A stretch of 64,000 nucleotides of DNA from an uncultured Dehalococcoidales bacterium. GTDB taxonomy: Bacteria > Chloroflexota > Dehalococcoidia > GIF9 > UBA5629. This document shows positions 50,621 through 58,970 of the stretch, piece after piece. The translations under genes and the position numbers were made by a program. The stretch spans positions 93,835 to 157,834 of the forward strand of contig CAYTIC010000003.1 of the NCBI GenBank assembly GCA_964437795.1, in the 5' to 3' direction. Positions within the stretch are counted from its first letter, which is position 1; every line of letters starts with the position of its first letter. The notes beneath the pieces are model-generated. The model did no database searches. It saw only the letters and a list, made by a program, of their open reading frames with translations, and had not been told where the DNA came from.

Positions 50621-53600
50621 ATGGCGGACGGCGTCGAAAAAAAAAGGGCCGGTAAAAGCGCGGCTAAGCCTGCGCGAAAAAAAGGCGGCGTACGGGTGAA
50701 CGCTAATACGTCCAGCGTACGTAGAGCGCCGGATACGAAATTAAACAAAGAACTTCGGGACTTCAAGCTCATTATCGATTCTTCCCCCATAATTATTTTT
50801 TATAAAGACCTTGAAGGAAGATTTTTACGCGTCAACAGGACATTTGCTAGGGCGCTTAACATGTCCGCAGGCGATTTTATAGGGAAAACCAACTTCGACC
50901 TATATTCATTGCCCATGGCACAGGCCATGAAAGAAGACGACCAGGAGGTCATTAAATCAGGACGACCCAAACTCAACATAGTGGAGCAATACGAGTCCGC
51001 AAGAGGTGTGAGATGGGTTCAGACAGATAAAGTCCCAATCCTTGATGAAAATGGCGCCGTAATCGGCCTGCTGGGGTTCGCGCAGGATATCACTGAGCGC
51101 AAAATGGCAGAAAAGGATCTTCAGCTATCCGAGGCAAGATACCGCACGCTGGTTGAAAAGGCCTTTGAGGGGATTATCGTAATCCAGGACGGGAACATAG
51201 TTTTCGCTAATCCCCGGGCTTATGAAATCATCAACTATCCCCGTGACCGGACAGAACCCCGGCCTTTTATGGATTTTATCCAAGAGGAAGACAGGGGAAC
51301 GGTCATCGACCGCCATTTGCGAAGGTTGAAGGGCGAGCAATTAGAAGAGGTATACCCAATCCGGCTGATCGATCGACAGGGTAACATTAAGTGGGCACAG
51401 ATCAGCACCACACTTATAGACTGGGAAGGCAAACCTGCGACGCTCACTTTCCTGGCCGATATCTCCGAGCGTAAACGCGCCGAGGAAGCACTTCAAGGGA
51501 GCGAAAAACGTGTCAAGATGAAGCTTGATACAATTCTTTCTCCCCAGGGGGATATCGGAAAACTGGAACTACAGGACATCCTCGACATCCAGGCGATTCA
51601 GGCGATAATGGACGATTTCTACAAACTCACCAGTGTATCAGCCTGGATTCTCGACCTCAAAGGTAATGTTCTCATCTCCACAGGCTGGCAGGACATATGT
51701 ACACAATTTCACCGGGCTAATCCAGAGACATGTAAGAACTGCATCGAGAGTGATACTCAGCTCTCGGAAGGCGTTACGCCCGGCACTTTTAAAACCTACA
51801 AATGCAAGAACAATATGTGGGACCTGGTGACGCCCATAACCGTGGGGGAGAAACATGTGGGCAACCTGTTCCTCGGACAGTTTCTATTTGATGATGAGAC
51901 CCTGGATTATGAGCTGTTCCGTTCGCAGGCACGGCGATATGGATTTAACGAGGCTGAGTATATTGCCGCGCTCGAGCGTGTGCCACGCTGGAGCAGAGAG
52001 ACGGTTAAACTCTCCACGGACTTTTACTCTAAATTTGCCCACATGATCTCGACACTGAGCTATGGTAATATCGCCCTGGCACGCTCATTGACGGAGAAAA
52101 ATAATCTGTTGACTGCTCTTCAGGCAAGCGAAGCGCAGTACCGCCTGCTGTCGGACCATATGACAGACACTGTATGGCTGATGGATATGAACCTCAAGAC
52201 TACGTACCAGAGCCCCTCTGTACAAAGGGTCCTTGGCTTCACCCCCGAAGAGATTAACTCAATGTCGCTGGAGGAAAATTTAACACCTGCGTCACTCAAA
52301 ATAGCCACTACTGTGTTTTTAGAAGAGATGGCTAAAATTGAGGCCAATCCGAATTACAATTTTACACGCATACTGGAACTTGAATTCTACTGTAAGGACG
52401 GTACTACTTTATGGTCGGAGAACACTTTCAGCCTGATCAGGGATGCGAACGGCAAGCCGCAATCCATACTGGGAGAAGGAAGGGACATCACTGACCGCAA
52501 GCTGACGGAAATTGCACTAAAAGAAAGCGAAGAAAAATACAGGACTTTATTCAACGAAGCACCTTTGGGAATTGCCGTAACCACCCTTGAGGGAAAGGTA
52601 ATCGAACTCAACGAAGCCCAGGCACGTATGATGGGTTATACGGTTGAAGAGCTTCGTGGTAAAAACGCGATTGAATACTATGTTAATCCCAATCAAAGAA
52701 CGGCAATGATGGAAAATTTTCAAAAATACGGAAAGTTGCGCGATATCGAGGTTGAACTCAGAAGCAAAGATGGCTCTATTATCACCGAGATCCTGAATTT
52801 TGACCTTGTGCAAATAAGCGGAAGCAGCTTTATGTTCATTACAGGAAGAGATGTGACCGGGCTCAGGCAGGCGGAGAAGTCTATGCGGGCGAGCGAGGCG
52901 CAGTACCGCCTGCTGGCCGAACATACTACGGACTTTATAGTGCTGATGGATATGAATCTAAATCCTACCTACCAGAGTCCTTCTGCCGAAAAGCATACCG
53001 GCCTCACACACAAGGAACTAATGGAGCTGCCGATCGAGAAACGCATCGCACCGGAATCTCTCAGAGTAGCATCCGAAATGTTTGTAGAAGAGATACCCAA
53101 GATAATGGCAGATCCGAACTATAATCCCATCCGCACCCTGGAACTTGAGATTTACCGTGCGGACGGCACGACACTGTGGTCGGAAAATACATTCAGCGTG
53201 ATACGTGATGAGAACCGCAATCCCATTTCTATCCTGGGCGAGGCCAGGGATATCACCAAGCGCAGGGAAGCCGAGAAAAAGCTGGCACAGACACTGTCGG
53301 CGCTGGAAAAAACCCTGGCCGACACCGTAATTGCCATATCAAAGATGGTCGAGATGAAAGATCCATTTACGGCTGGCCACCAGATACGTGTGGCCCAACT
53401 GGCAATTGCCATTGCAAATAAGATGAACCTGGCGGATGAGCAGATCACCCTGATCAACACTGCGGCAACCATCCATGATATCGGCAAGATCTATGTGCCC
53501 TCAGACATACTGAGCAAGCCCGGGAAGCTGAGTGCCCTGGAGTACGAGATCATCCAGACCCACGTCCGTGGGAGCTACGAGATATTGAAAGAAATAGATT

Positions 53601-53887
53601 TCATCGGACCCATCGCACAGATCGTGTTTCAGCACCACGAAAGGATGGACGGTTCAGGTTACCCCCGTGCCCTGAAGGGTCCCGACATTCTCCCTGAAGC
53701 AAAAATACTCATTGTGGCCGACGTTGTGGAAGCCATGTCCTCGCACAGGCCGTACCGCGCAGCAATGGGCATCGAAAAAGCTCTTGACGAGATCTCTCGC
53801 AACAGGGGCAAACTGTACGATGAAGCTGCCGTTGACGCCTGTCTGGAGCTCTTCCTCAATAATGAGTTCAGTTTCAAGTCCGTTTGA
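50621..53887 (+). CDS. Multi-PAS / PocR-domain sensor with C-terminal HD-GYP phosphodiesterase domain
   Basis: 1088 aa. It has several PAS/PAC modules (DIT.RK boundaries), a PocR-like Cys-containing module (ICTQFHR...CKNC...YKCKNN..D...PI...G.H.GNLF.GQF) and an HD-GYP domain (TIHDIGKI, HHERMDGSGYP). Confidence 0.87.
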   Translation: MADGVEKKRAGKSAAKPARKKGGVRVNANTSSVRRAPDTKLNKELRDFKLIIDSSPIIIFYKDLEGRFLRVNRTFARALNMSAGDFIGKTNFDLYSLPMAQAMKEDDQEVIKSGRPKLNIVEQYESARGVRWVQTDKVPILDENGAVIGLLGFAQDITERKMAEKDLQLSEARYRTLVEKAFEGIIVIQDGNIVFANPRAYEIINYPRDRTEPRPFMDFIQEEDRGTVIDRHLRRLKGEQLEEVYPIRLIDRQGNIKWAQISTTLIDWEGKPATLTFLADISERKRAEEALQGSEKRVKMKLDTILSPQGDIGKLELQDILDIQAIQAIMDDFYKLTSVSAWILDLKGNVLISTGWQDICTQFHRANPETCKNCIESDTQLSEGVTPGTFKTYKCKNNMWDLVTPITVGEKHVGNLFLGQFLFDDETLDYELFRSQARRYGFNEAEYIAALERVPRWSRETVKLSTDFYSKFAHMISTLSYGNIALARSLTEKNNLLTALQASEAQYRLLSDHMTDTVWLMDMNLKTTYQSPSVQRVLGFTPEEINSMSLEENLTPASLKIATTVFLEEMAKIEANPNYNFTRILELEFYCKDGTTLWSENTFSLIRDANGKPQSILGEGRDITDRKLTEIALKESEEKYRTLFNEAPLGIAVTTLEGKVIELNEAQARMMGYTVEELRGKNAIEYYVNPNQRTAMMENFQKYGKLRDIEVELRSKDGSIITEILNFDLVQISGSSFMFITGRDVTGLRQAEKSMRASEAQYRLLAEHTTDFIVLMDMNLNPTYQSPSAEKHTGLTHKELMELPIEKRIAPESLRVASEMFVEEIPKIMADPNYNPIRTLELEIYRADGTTLWSENTFSVIRDENRNPISILGEARDITKRREAEKKLAQTLSALEKTLADTVIAISKMVEMKDPFTAGHQIRVAQLAIAIANKMNLADEQITLINTAATIHDIGKIYVPSDILSKPGKLSALEYEIIQTHVRGSYEILKEIDFIGPIAQIVFQHHERMDGSGYPRALKGPDILPEAKILIVADVVEAMSSHRPYRAAMGIEKALDEISRNRGKLYDEAAVDACLELFLNNEFSFKSV
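52124..52500 (+). repeat. Internal PAS-module repeat, copy 1
   Basis: It encodes ASEAQYRLLSDH...TLWSENTFSLIRD...GRDITDRK. It shares long identical nucleotide runs (for example GCGCAGTACCGCCTGCTG and GCTGATGGATATGAA) with copy 2. Confidence 0.7.
52889..53265 (+). repeat. Internal PAS-module repeat, copy 2
   Basis: It encodes ASEAQYRLLAEH...TLWSENTFSVIRD...ARDITKRR. It is colinear with copy 1, 765 nt downstream. Confidence 0.7.
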
Positions 53888-53911
53888 GACATACCCTCGA
53901 GGTGTGAACAT

Positions 53912-54976
53912 TTACCAGCGGGCATGATGCTCTTCGGCCCAGCCGATCAGGTTACTTATTCCTATCCTTTCACCCGTGTCCGTCACGAGTGTCCCGCTGT
54001 AGCGGCCGAACATCTGATGGACCTCGCTGGCCAGAACGCCCACATCGGTCTTTGCCACCCTTTCAAAAAACGGCGCGAATTCCAGTGTTAGCCGGCCGTC
54101 TACCGAGGTCATAATCCAGGGCTTCTTGAAATCCTTATTGTCGTAATTAAAATCCACCTTGCCCAGCTTGTGCACCCTTCCGTCCACAATGATGGCGTTG
54201 TCGTTCAACTCGGGACTGTTACCGATCCCGTCTCCAATATTGAGCCCGATAGTGCGGCCGTCCGGCAGAAATTGCGAGAAGCTGGCCCATATCCAGAATG
54301 ACCTGTATGGCCATGCACCCACACCCCAGTCCAGGGTCCCCAGGCATTTATCGGGGCTGATACTGTATGACTTCAGCTTCCTGTCCGCTGCTGCGCCGGA
54401 TCCATCCCACCCATATTCGATGATGCCCTCGGCGGGCATGCAGTTGACCTTGCGGGTATAGAAGAAGCGCCTGTTTTTATAGGCGAATACGTTGACGACC
54501 GATTCATGTCCTTCCTTTAACAGCAGCCTGACATCGGCCTTCAGACCGGATTTGCCGAAGCCCGGCCAGCTAACTTCCAGTTTTCGCTGTTTGTCATCAG
54601 GTGTGAAAAAACGAAAATACAGGCCGCCTTTTTCATAGCGGCAGTCGCCGGATGTGCTGTTGCGCGCAAGATTTATGCCGTTGCCGAATGGAATGCTCAA
54701 TGTCTGCTCGTGATAAATCCCTGTTTTGAAATCCAGCATATAGGCGAAGACCGGCCCCAGGTAGCCTACATGACTGAGGGTGAATGAGAAGAAATGGGTG
54801 GGCGTTGTAATGCCGAAGTACTGCCATCGCTTTATGCGCAGAGGCTGCAAAAACTTCAAAGCGTAGATATTAACATTTTCGAGATTGGCATCAAGCAGCG
54901 GTCGCCGCGCCCATCCATAATCGACCAGGTTCCCCTGCTTATCCAGTAAAGGACCGCTTTTGGTTATCTCTCTCAT
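53912..54976 (-). CDS. DUF2804-family protein
   Basis: About 354 aa. Motifs: GW.R.P.......N, KRWQYFGI and a beta-rich profile. The ATG at 54976 is preceded by GGGAGGA. The ORF track starts at the GTG at 55009. Confidence 0.75.
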   Translation of the reverse strand: MREITKSGPLLDKQGNLVDYGWARRPLLDANLENVNIYALKFLQPLRIKRWQYFGITTPTHFFSFTLSHVGYLGPVFAYMLDFKTGIYHEQTLSIPFGNGINLARNSTSGDCRYEKGGLYFRFFTPDDKQRKLEVSWPGFGKSGLKADVRLLLKEGHESVVNVFAYKNRRFFYTRKVNCMPAEGIIEYGWDGSGAAADRKLKSYSISPDKCLGTLDWGVGAWPYRSFWIWASFSQFLPDGRTIGLNIGDGIGNSPELNDNAIIVDGRVHKLGKVDFNYDNKDFKKPWIMTSVDGRLTLEFAPFFERVAKTDVGVLASEVHQMFGRYSGTLVTDTGERIGISNLIGWAEEHHARW

Positions 54977-55022
54977 CTCCAGTCCTCCCGCTGTTACTTC
55001 CAAAGGCACGCAGTAATAATCG

Positions 55023-56414
55023 TTATTTCAGATGCTCAGCCCTTTGTACCATGGCGCCCATGCACCTGATCGCATTGTCCGGCATGCCATAGGTTGGTAT
55101 GCCGTCCATGGCGGCCAGGATGAGGCCGTCCATTTGATCGGGCGGATTGGCCGGGATCAGCACTATTGGCTTTCTCAGACGGTCTCGCAGCTCCACCAGC
55201 TTCTCCCGGAACCACGCATCCTGCAGGAATGCATAGGTGATGACCAGGCAGGTGTCCACATGGGGCAAGATCATCTCAAGGCAATCTACGTACACTTTCG
55301 CAGCCCCTCCGATGGGTGCCCAGACAAGGTCAACCGGATTCCTGCGGTTGTTGGACGGCGGCACTTTATCCTTGAGATATTCCGCCAGTTCAAGCTGCAA
55401 CTCCTCGGGAAACTGCTTTATCCTTAGTCCCTCCCTGGCGCAGGCGTCGGATGCGGCCACCGCACCACCGCCTGCTTCGATCAACAGGCCGATATCCCTG
55501 CCGGGCGGCAGAACGGGGCAACTGAAGGCCACGGCCAGGTCGATGATATCTTCCATACCATAAGCTGGGATTATCCCTGTCTGACGGCACATGGCCTGGA
55601 AAACCTGGTAGCTGCCGGCCATCGAACCGGTGTGTGATGCAGCCGACCTGGCTCCCGTCTCGGAGCTGCCGCCTTTCCAGATGATGACAGGCTTATGCGG
55701 GCAGATCTCCTTTGCCAGCTCCATGAAACGCTCCGGGTTTTTAAGCCCCTCGACGTAGGCTGCAATCACTTTCGTATCGGGATCACTACCCCAGTACCCT
55801 ATTAAGTCTTCCAGCGTAAGGTCGCTCTGATTGCCGATGCTGATGATGCCGCTGAAGCGAAGCCCGCGGGCGCTGCCCAGTCGGAGCATGATCTCGCTCA
55901 CCCATCCGCTCTGGCCCACGAAACCCACGCCGCCGGGATCGAGCGGCATCCTGGCATAGGGTACGACCGTATTCACTCGCCCCCTCGACGTAAATATGCC
56001 CATGCAGTTTGGGCCAATTACTCTTACACCACCTTCACGCGCAATAGCCACCATCCTTTTCTCTGCTTCTTTTCCCTCAACCCCCATCTCACTGAAGCCC
56101 ACGGCATGTACTACGGCGAACTTCACCCTTTTGCGGGCGCAGTCCTCCATTGCAGCCGGAATCGCCCGCGCCGGTATAGCCAGCACTGCCAGGTCAACCT
56201 CGCCAGGTATGGCGGACAGGTCCGGAAAGCACTTCAATCCCATGATCAGACTTTCTTTGTGGTTGATGGGGTAGATCGTGCCGGCATAGCTGTCCTTGAG
56301 CATGCTGTTGATGAACATGCCGCCGGATTTCCACTCGTCATTCGAGGCTCCCACAATGGCGACTGAACGAGGTTTGAAAAGGTACTCCAAGTCGGGTGCA
56401 GTAAAACTGGTCAT
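55023..56414 (-). CDS. ADP-forming acyl-CoA synthetase alpha-like protein, second paralog
   Basis: 463 aa. Motifs: LFKPRSVAIVGAS, IYPINH, GPNCMGI, and the phospho-His loop AASHTGSMAGS. It is colinear with the 19386-20831 product. Confidence 0.8.
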   Translation of the reverse strand: MTSFTAPDLEYLFKPRSVAIVGASNDEWKSGGMFINSMLKDSYAGTIYPINHKESLIMGLKCFPDLSAIPGEVDLAVLAIPARAIPAAMEDCARKRVKFAVVHAVGFSEMGVEGKEAEKRMVAIAREGGVRVIGPNCMGIFTSRGRVNTVVPYARMPLDPGGVGFVGQSGWVSEIMLRLGSARGLRFSGIISIGNQSDLTLEDLIGYWGSDPDTKVIAAYVEGLKNPERFMELAKEICPHKPVIIWKGGSSETGARSAASHTGSMAGSYQVFQAMCRQTGIIPAYGMEDIIDLAVAFSCPVLPPGRDIGLLIEAGGGAVAASDACAREGLRIKQFPEELQLELAEYLKDKVPPSNNRRNPVDLVWAPIGGAAKVYVDCLEMILPHVDTCLVITYAFLQDAWFREKLVELRDRLRKPIVLIPANPPDQMDGLILAAMDGIPTYGMPDNAIRCMGAMVQRAEHLK

Positions 56415-56586
56415 TTATTGCCTCCTCTGATTACCGGGGAGCCGGGCTGTCCGCGTATATCAACAGTACGTAATGCCGTAGGTAATTATCTTATGCACTT
56501 CACCTCTGTGTCAAAGCAACGGGATTGTGATATATTACTATTGCTGCATCCGGGGGCACGGCCATTCTGAAAAGAGGAGGAAGCAA

Positions 56587-57339
56587 ATGGCATATGAGAC
56601 TATTACATACCATGTCAGTGGAGGTATAGGCAGGATCACTTTTAACCGACCGCAGGTGATGAACGCTCTTACTCCCGCCATGCTTAAAGAGCTGAAAACC
56701 GCCGTGCTGGAAGCAGGCAAAGCAAAGGATGTTAAGGTCATCGTCCTGACCGGCGCAGGCAGGGCTTTCTGCGCCGGGGTCGACCTCAAGGCCATGGGGG
56801 ACCAGAAGCTGGTAAACGGCAAGGTCGGCGACTTTTTAGACGTGCCTGCCCGTGATCTGATCAATGCAATACGGACTGTACCAAAGGTAGTGATCAACCT
56901 GGTCAACGGGTTCTGCTTCACAGGGGCGCTGGAGATCATGCTGGCCTGCGATATCGTGATCGCATCGGAGGACGCCAAAATAGGCGATACGCATGCCAAG
57001 TGGGGATTGCGTCCGACCTGGGGTATGAGCGCACGCCTGCCGCGCAGGATCGGTTACCTTAAGGCCAAGGAGCTTTCGTTTACGGCTGAAGCCGTTACCG
57101 CCAGGGAGGCCGAGCGTATCGGACTTATTAACCTGGCTGTCCCGGGAGACAAGCTGGAAGAGGCCCTGCAGGACATGGCCAGGAAAATAATGGGCAACAG
57201 CGCCCAATCCATCGCAGCCTATAAGCAACTTTACAATGCCAACGAGAGCATGTCTCTGGATAAGAGCCTTGAGCTGGAATTCAGCAGCGATTTCGAGATC
57301 ACGGACGGATTGGAACGGCTTTCAGCATTTATTAAATAA
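56587..57339 (+). CDS. Enoyl-CoA hydratase/isomerase (crotonase) family protein
   Basis: Motifs: I.FNRP...NAL, VIVLTGAGRAFCAGVDLK, G.C.TGALE. The ATG at 56587 follows AGGAGGA. Confidence 0.88.
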   Translation: MAYETITYHVSGGIGRITFNRPQVMNALTPAMLKELKTAVLEAGKAKDVKVIVLTGAGRAFCAGVDLKAMGDQKLVNGKVGDFLDVPARDLINAIRTVPKVVINLVNGFCFTGALEIMLACDIVIASEDAKIGDTHAKWGLRPTWGMSARLPRRIGYLKAKELSFTAEAVTAREAERIGLINLAVPGDKLEEALQDMARKIMGNSAQSIAAYKQLYNANESMSLDKSLELEFSSDFEITDGLERLSAFIK

Positions 57340-57347
57340 TGCACGTT

Positions 57348-57489
57348 GTCATTGCGAGAAGCGAAGCGACGAAGCAATCTCAAGGCGTGATATCTTCGAA
57401 TCCACAGATTGCTTCGCTGCGCTCGCAATTACATGGTATGAGCGCATCGGGCGCACCTGAAGGTACGCCGCTACGTCGCTCGCAATTAC
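57348..57489. repeat. Composite short-repeat element (GTCATTGCGAG...GAAGCAATC family, three arms, plus a GCGCACCTGAAGGT.CGC box)
   Basis: Arm A at 57348-57379 and its inverted partner at 57407-57432 can pair. The box lies at 57451-57468. A third partial arm lies at 57475-57489. The ORFs called here translate as the VIARSEATKQS-type peptides typical of this repeat. Confidence 0.65.
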
Positions 57490-57564
57490 TGTCTTTTCCA
57501 TATCTTGACGTACAGTTGAAACGAATATAAACTTAGCGCAAGCGCAATCAGGGGAGGTACACTC

Positions 57565-58530
57565 ATGTCTTCTGCTAATAAGCGTCACGGTTGGTGGACG
57601 GCCATTATCATCTGCGTCGTCATTCTCATTATCGTAATCACACCTCTTTCGCTTTATGCCAGTGCGAATATTGAGACCAAGGACCTGGATGATGCGGCAC
57701 GTACACAGGCTGGTGGCTCATACGTGAAGTTGCCCCAGGGTGTGACACATTATGAGCTGACCGGGCCCGAGAGCGGGCAGGTGGTAGTGCTGGTGCACGG
57801 CGCCACTATTCCCATGTACCTGTGGGATGCACAGGTTGAAGCCCTGGCCAAGGCCGGTTACCGCGTTCTCCGCTATGATTTGTATGGTAAAGGTTACTCG
57901 GACAGGCCTGCAGGGGATTACAGCCAGGCATTCTACCGCCAGCAGCTTCACGACCTGCTTGACGCGCTCAAGATAAAGCAACCCGTTGACCTCGTCGGCC
58001 TCTCCATGGGCGGCGGCCTGGCCATGGACTTCACCGCCAATTACCCCGACAGTGTGAAGGACGTAGTCCTGATCGCGCCTATGATCAACTCGATTAAGAA
58101 TGACACCAATATAAAACTGCTCAGGCCACCTGTGATAGGCGAATTCCTGATGCGCCTGGTAGCGACTAAAAGCATTTCGGAGCGTGCGGCCCAGCTAATG
58201 CAGAAATCGCCCAAAGCCGCCGAGTATGCGAAGCTGTTCAAGGACCAGACCCAGTATAAGGGTTTCGAGCAGGCCACTCTTGCCATGTTCCGCAGCGATG
58301 CCAATGCCGACTATACGGCAGATTACAACACTGTCGGCAAGCAGGCCCGCAAAATACTGCTGATATGGGGCACGGCAGACAACGACATCACACCGCAGAT
58401 GGTACAGGCCATACAGACGGCGCTTCCCAACGTGCAATTCAAACAGCTTGACGGCATCGGCCACGATCCCCAGGTAGAAGTGGCCGACCAGGTCAACAGC
58501 CTGATACTGGATTTTTTAAAGCAGCAATAA
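57565..58530 (+). CDS. Membrane-anchored alpha/beta-fold hydrolase
   Basis: 321 aa. N-terminal TM helix, HG oxyanion motif (VLVHGA), nucleophile elbow GLSMGG, and a C-terminal GH (DGIGHDP). Confidence 0.85.
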   Translation: MSSANKRHGWWTAIIICVVILIIVITPLSLYASANIETKDLDDAARTQAGGSYVKLPQGVTHYELTGPESGQVVVLVHGATIPMYLWDAQVEALAKAGYRVLRYDLYGKGYSDRPAGDYSQAFYRQQLHDLLDALKIKQPVDLVGLSMGGGLAMDFTANYPDSVKDVVLIAPMINSIKNDTNIKLLRPPVIGEFLMRLVATKSISERAAQLMQKSPKAAEYAKLFKDQTQYKGFEQATLAMFRSDANADYTADYNTVGKQARKILLIWGTADNDITPQMVQAIQTALPNVQFKQLDGIGHDPQVEVADQVNSLILDFLKQQ

Positions 58531-58547
58531 TTTAAAGGAGGTCCCAA

Positions 58548-58952
58548 ATGCCTGAAAAGAAATTCAAGTACTTGAGCAAGGAGTGGGCAGACGAGGTCTG
58601 CAGGAGATGTAAGAAAACGCTCACGCCGGAAAAAATGAAGAACATCACATCCTCGATGCTGACCATTTATAATAAGTGCCCGGATGGCAAGACCAGGGCC
58701 GTTTATTACAAGCTTGAGAACGGGGTGGTCCAAAACGTCTCAATCGTTGAGGGCACTCTGCCCAAAGCCGAGTTCTCAATCACGTCTGACTACGAAGTTT
58801 TCGCCAGGATCTCACGGGCTGAGCTCAAGGCACGGGCCGCTCTAATGTCAGGCAAGATGCTGCTCAAGGGCAACCTGGTCAAAGCTCTGACCCTGTCTCC
58901 CACTGTCGATAGGCTGAACGAGGTTATTGCCACCGTTCCAACGGATTATTAA
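58548..58952 (+). CDS. SCP2 sterol-binding-domain protein
   Basis: 134 aa. C-terminal motif A.MSGKM.LKGN..KA..L, typical of SCP-2. AAAGGAGG lies upstream. Confidence 0.72.
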   Translation: MPEKKFKYLSKEWADEVCRRCKKTLTPEKMKNITSSMLTIYNKCPDGKTRAVYYKLENGVVQNVSIVEGTLPKAEFSITSDYEVFARISRAELKARAALMSGKMLLKGNLVKALTLSPTVDRLNEVIATVPTDY

Positions 58953-58970
58953 AAGCTGGAGGTCAGATAA

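Noticed and set aside
57231-57588. Four short ORFs (60-80 aa, both strands) in the crotonase-hydrolase spacer, one reading MHVVIARSEATKQSQG...
   Set aside because: They are translations of the GTCATTGCGAG-family repeat arms, a well-known source of spurious hypothetical proteins. None has an SD.
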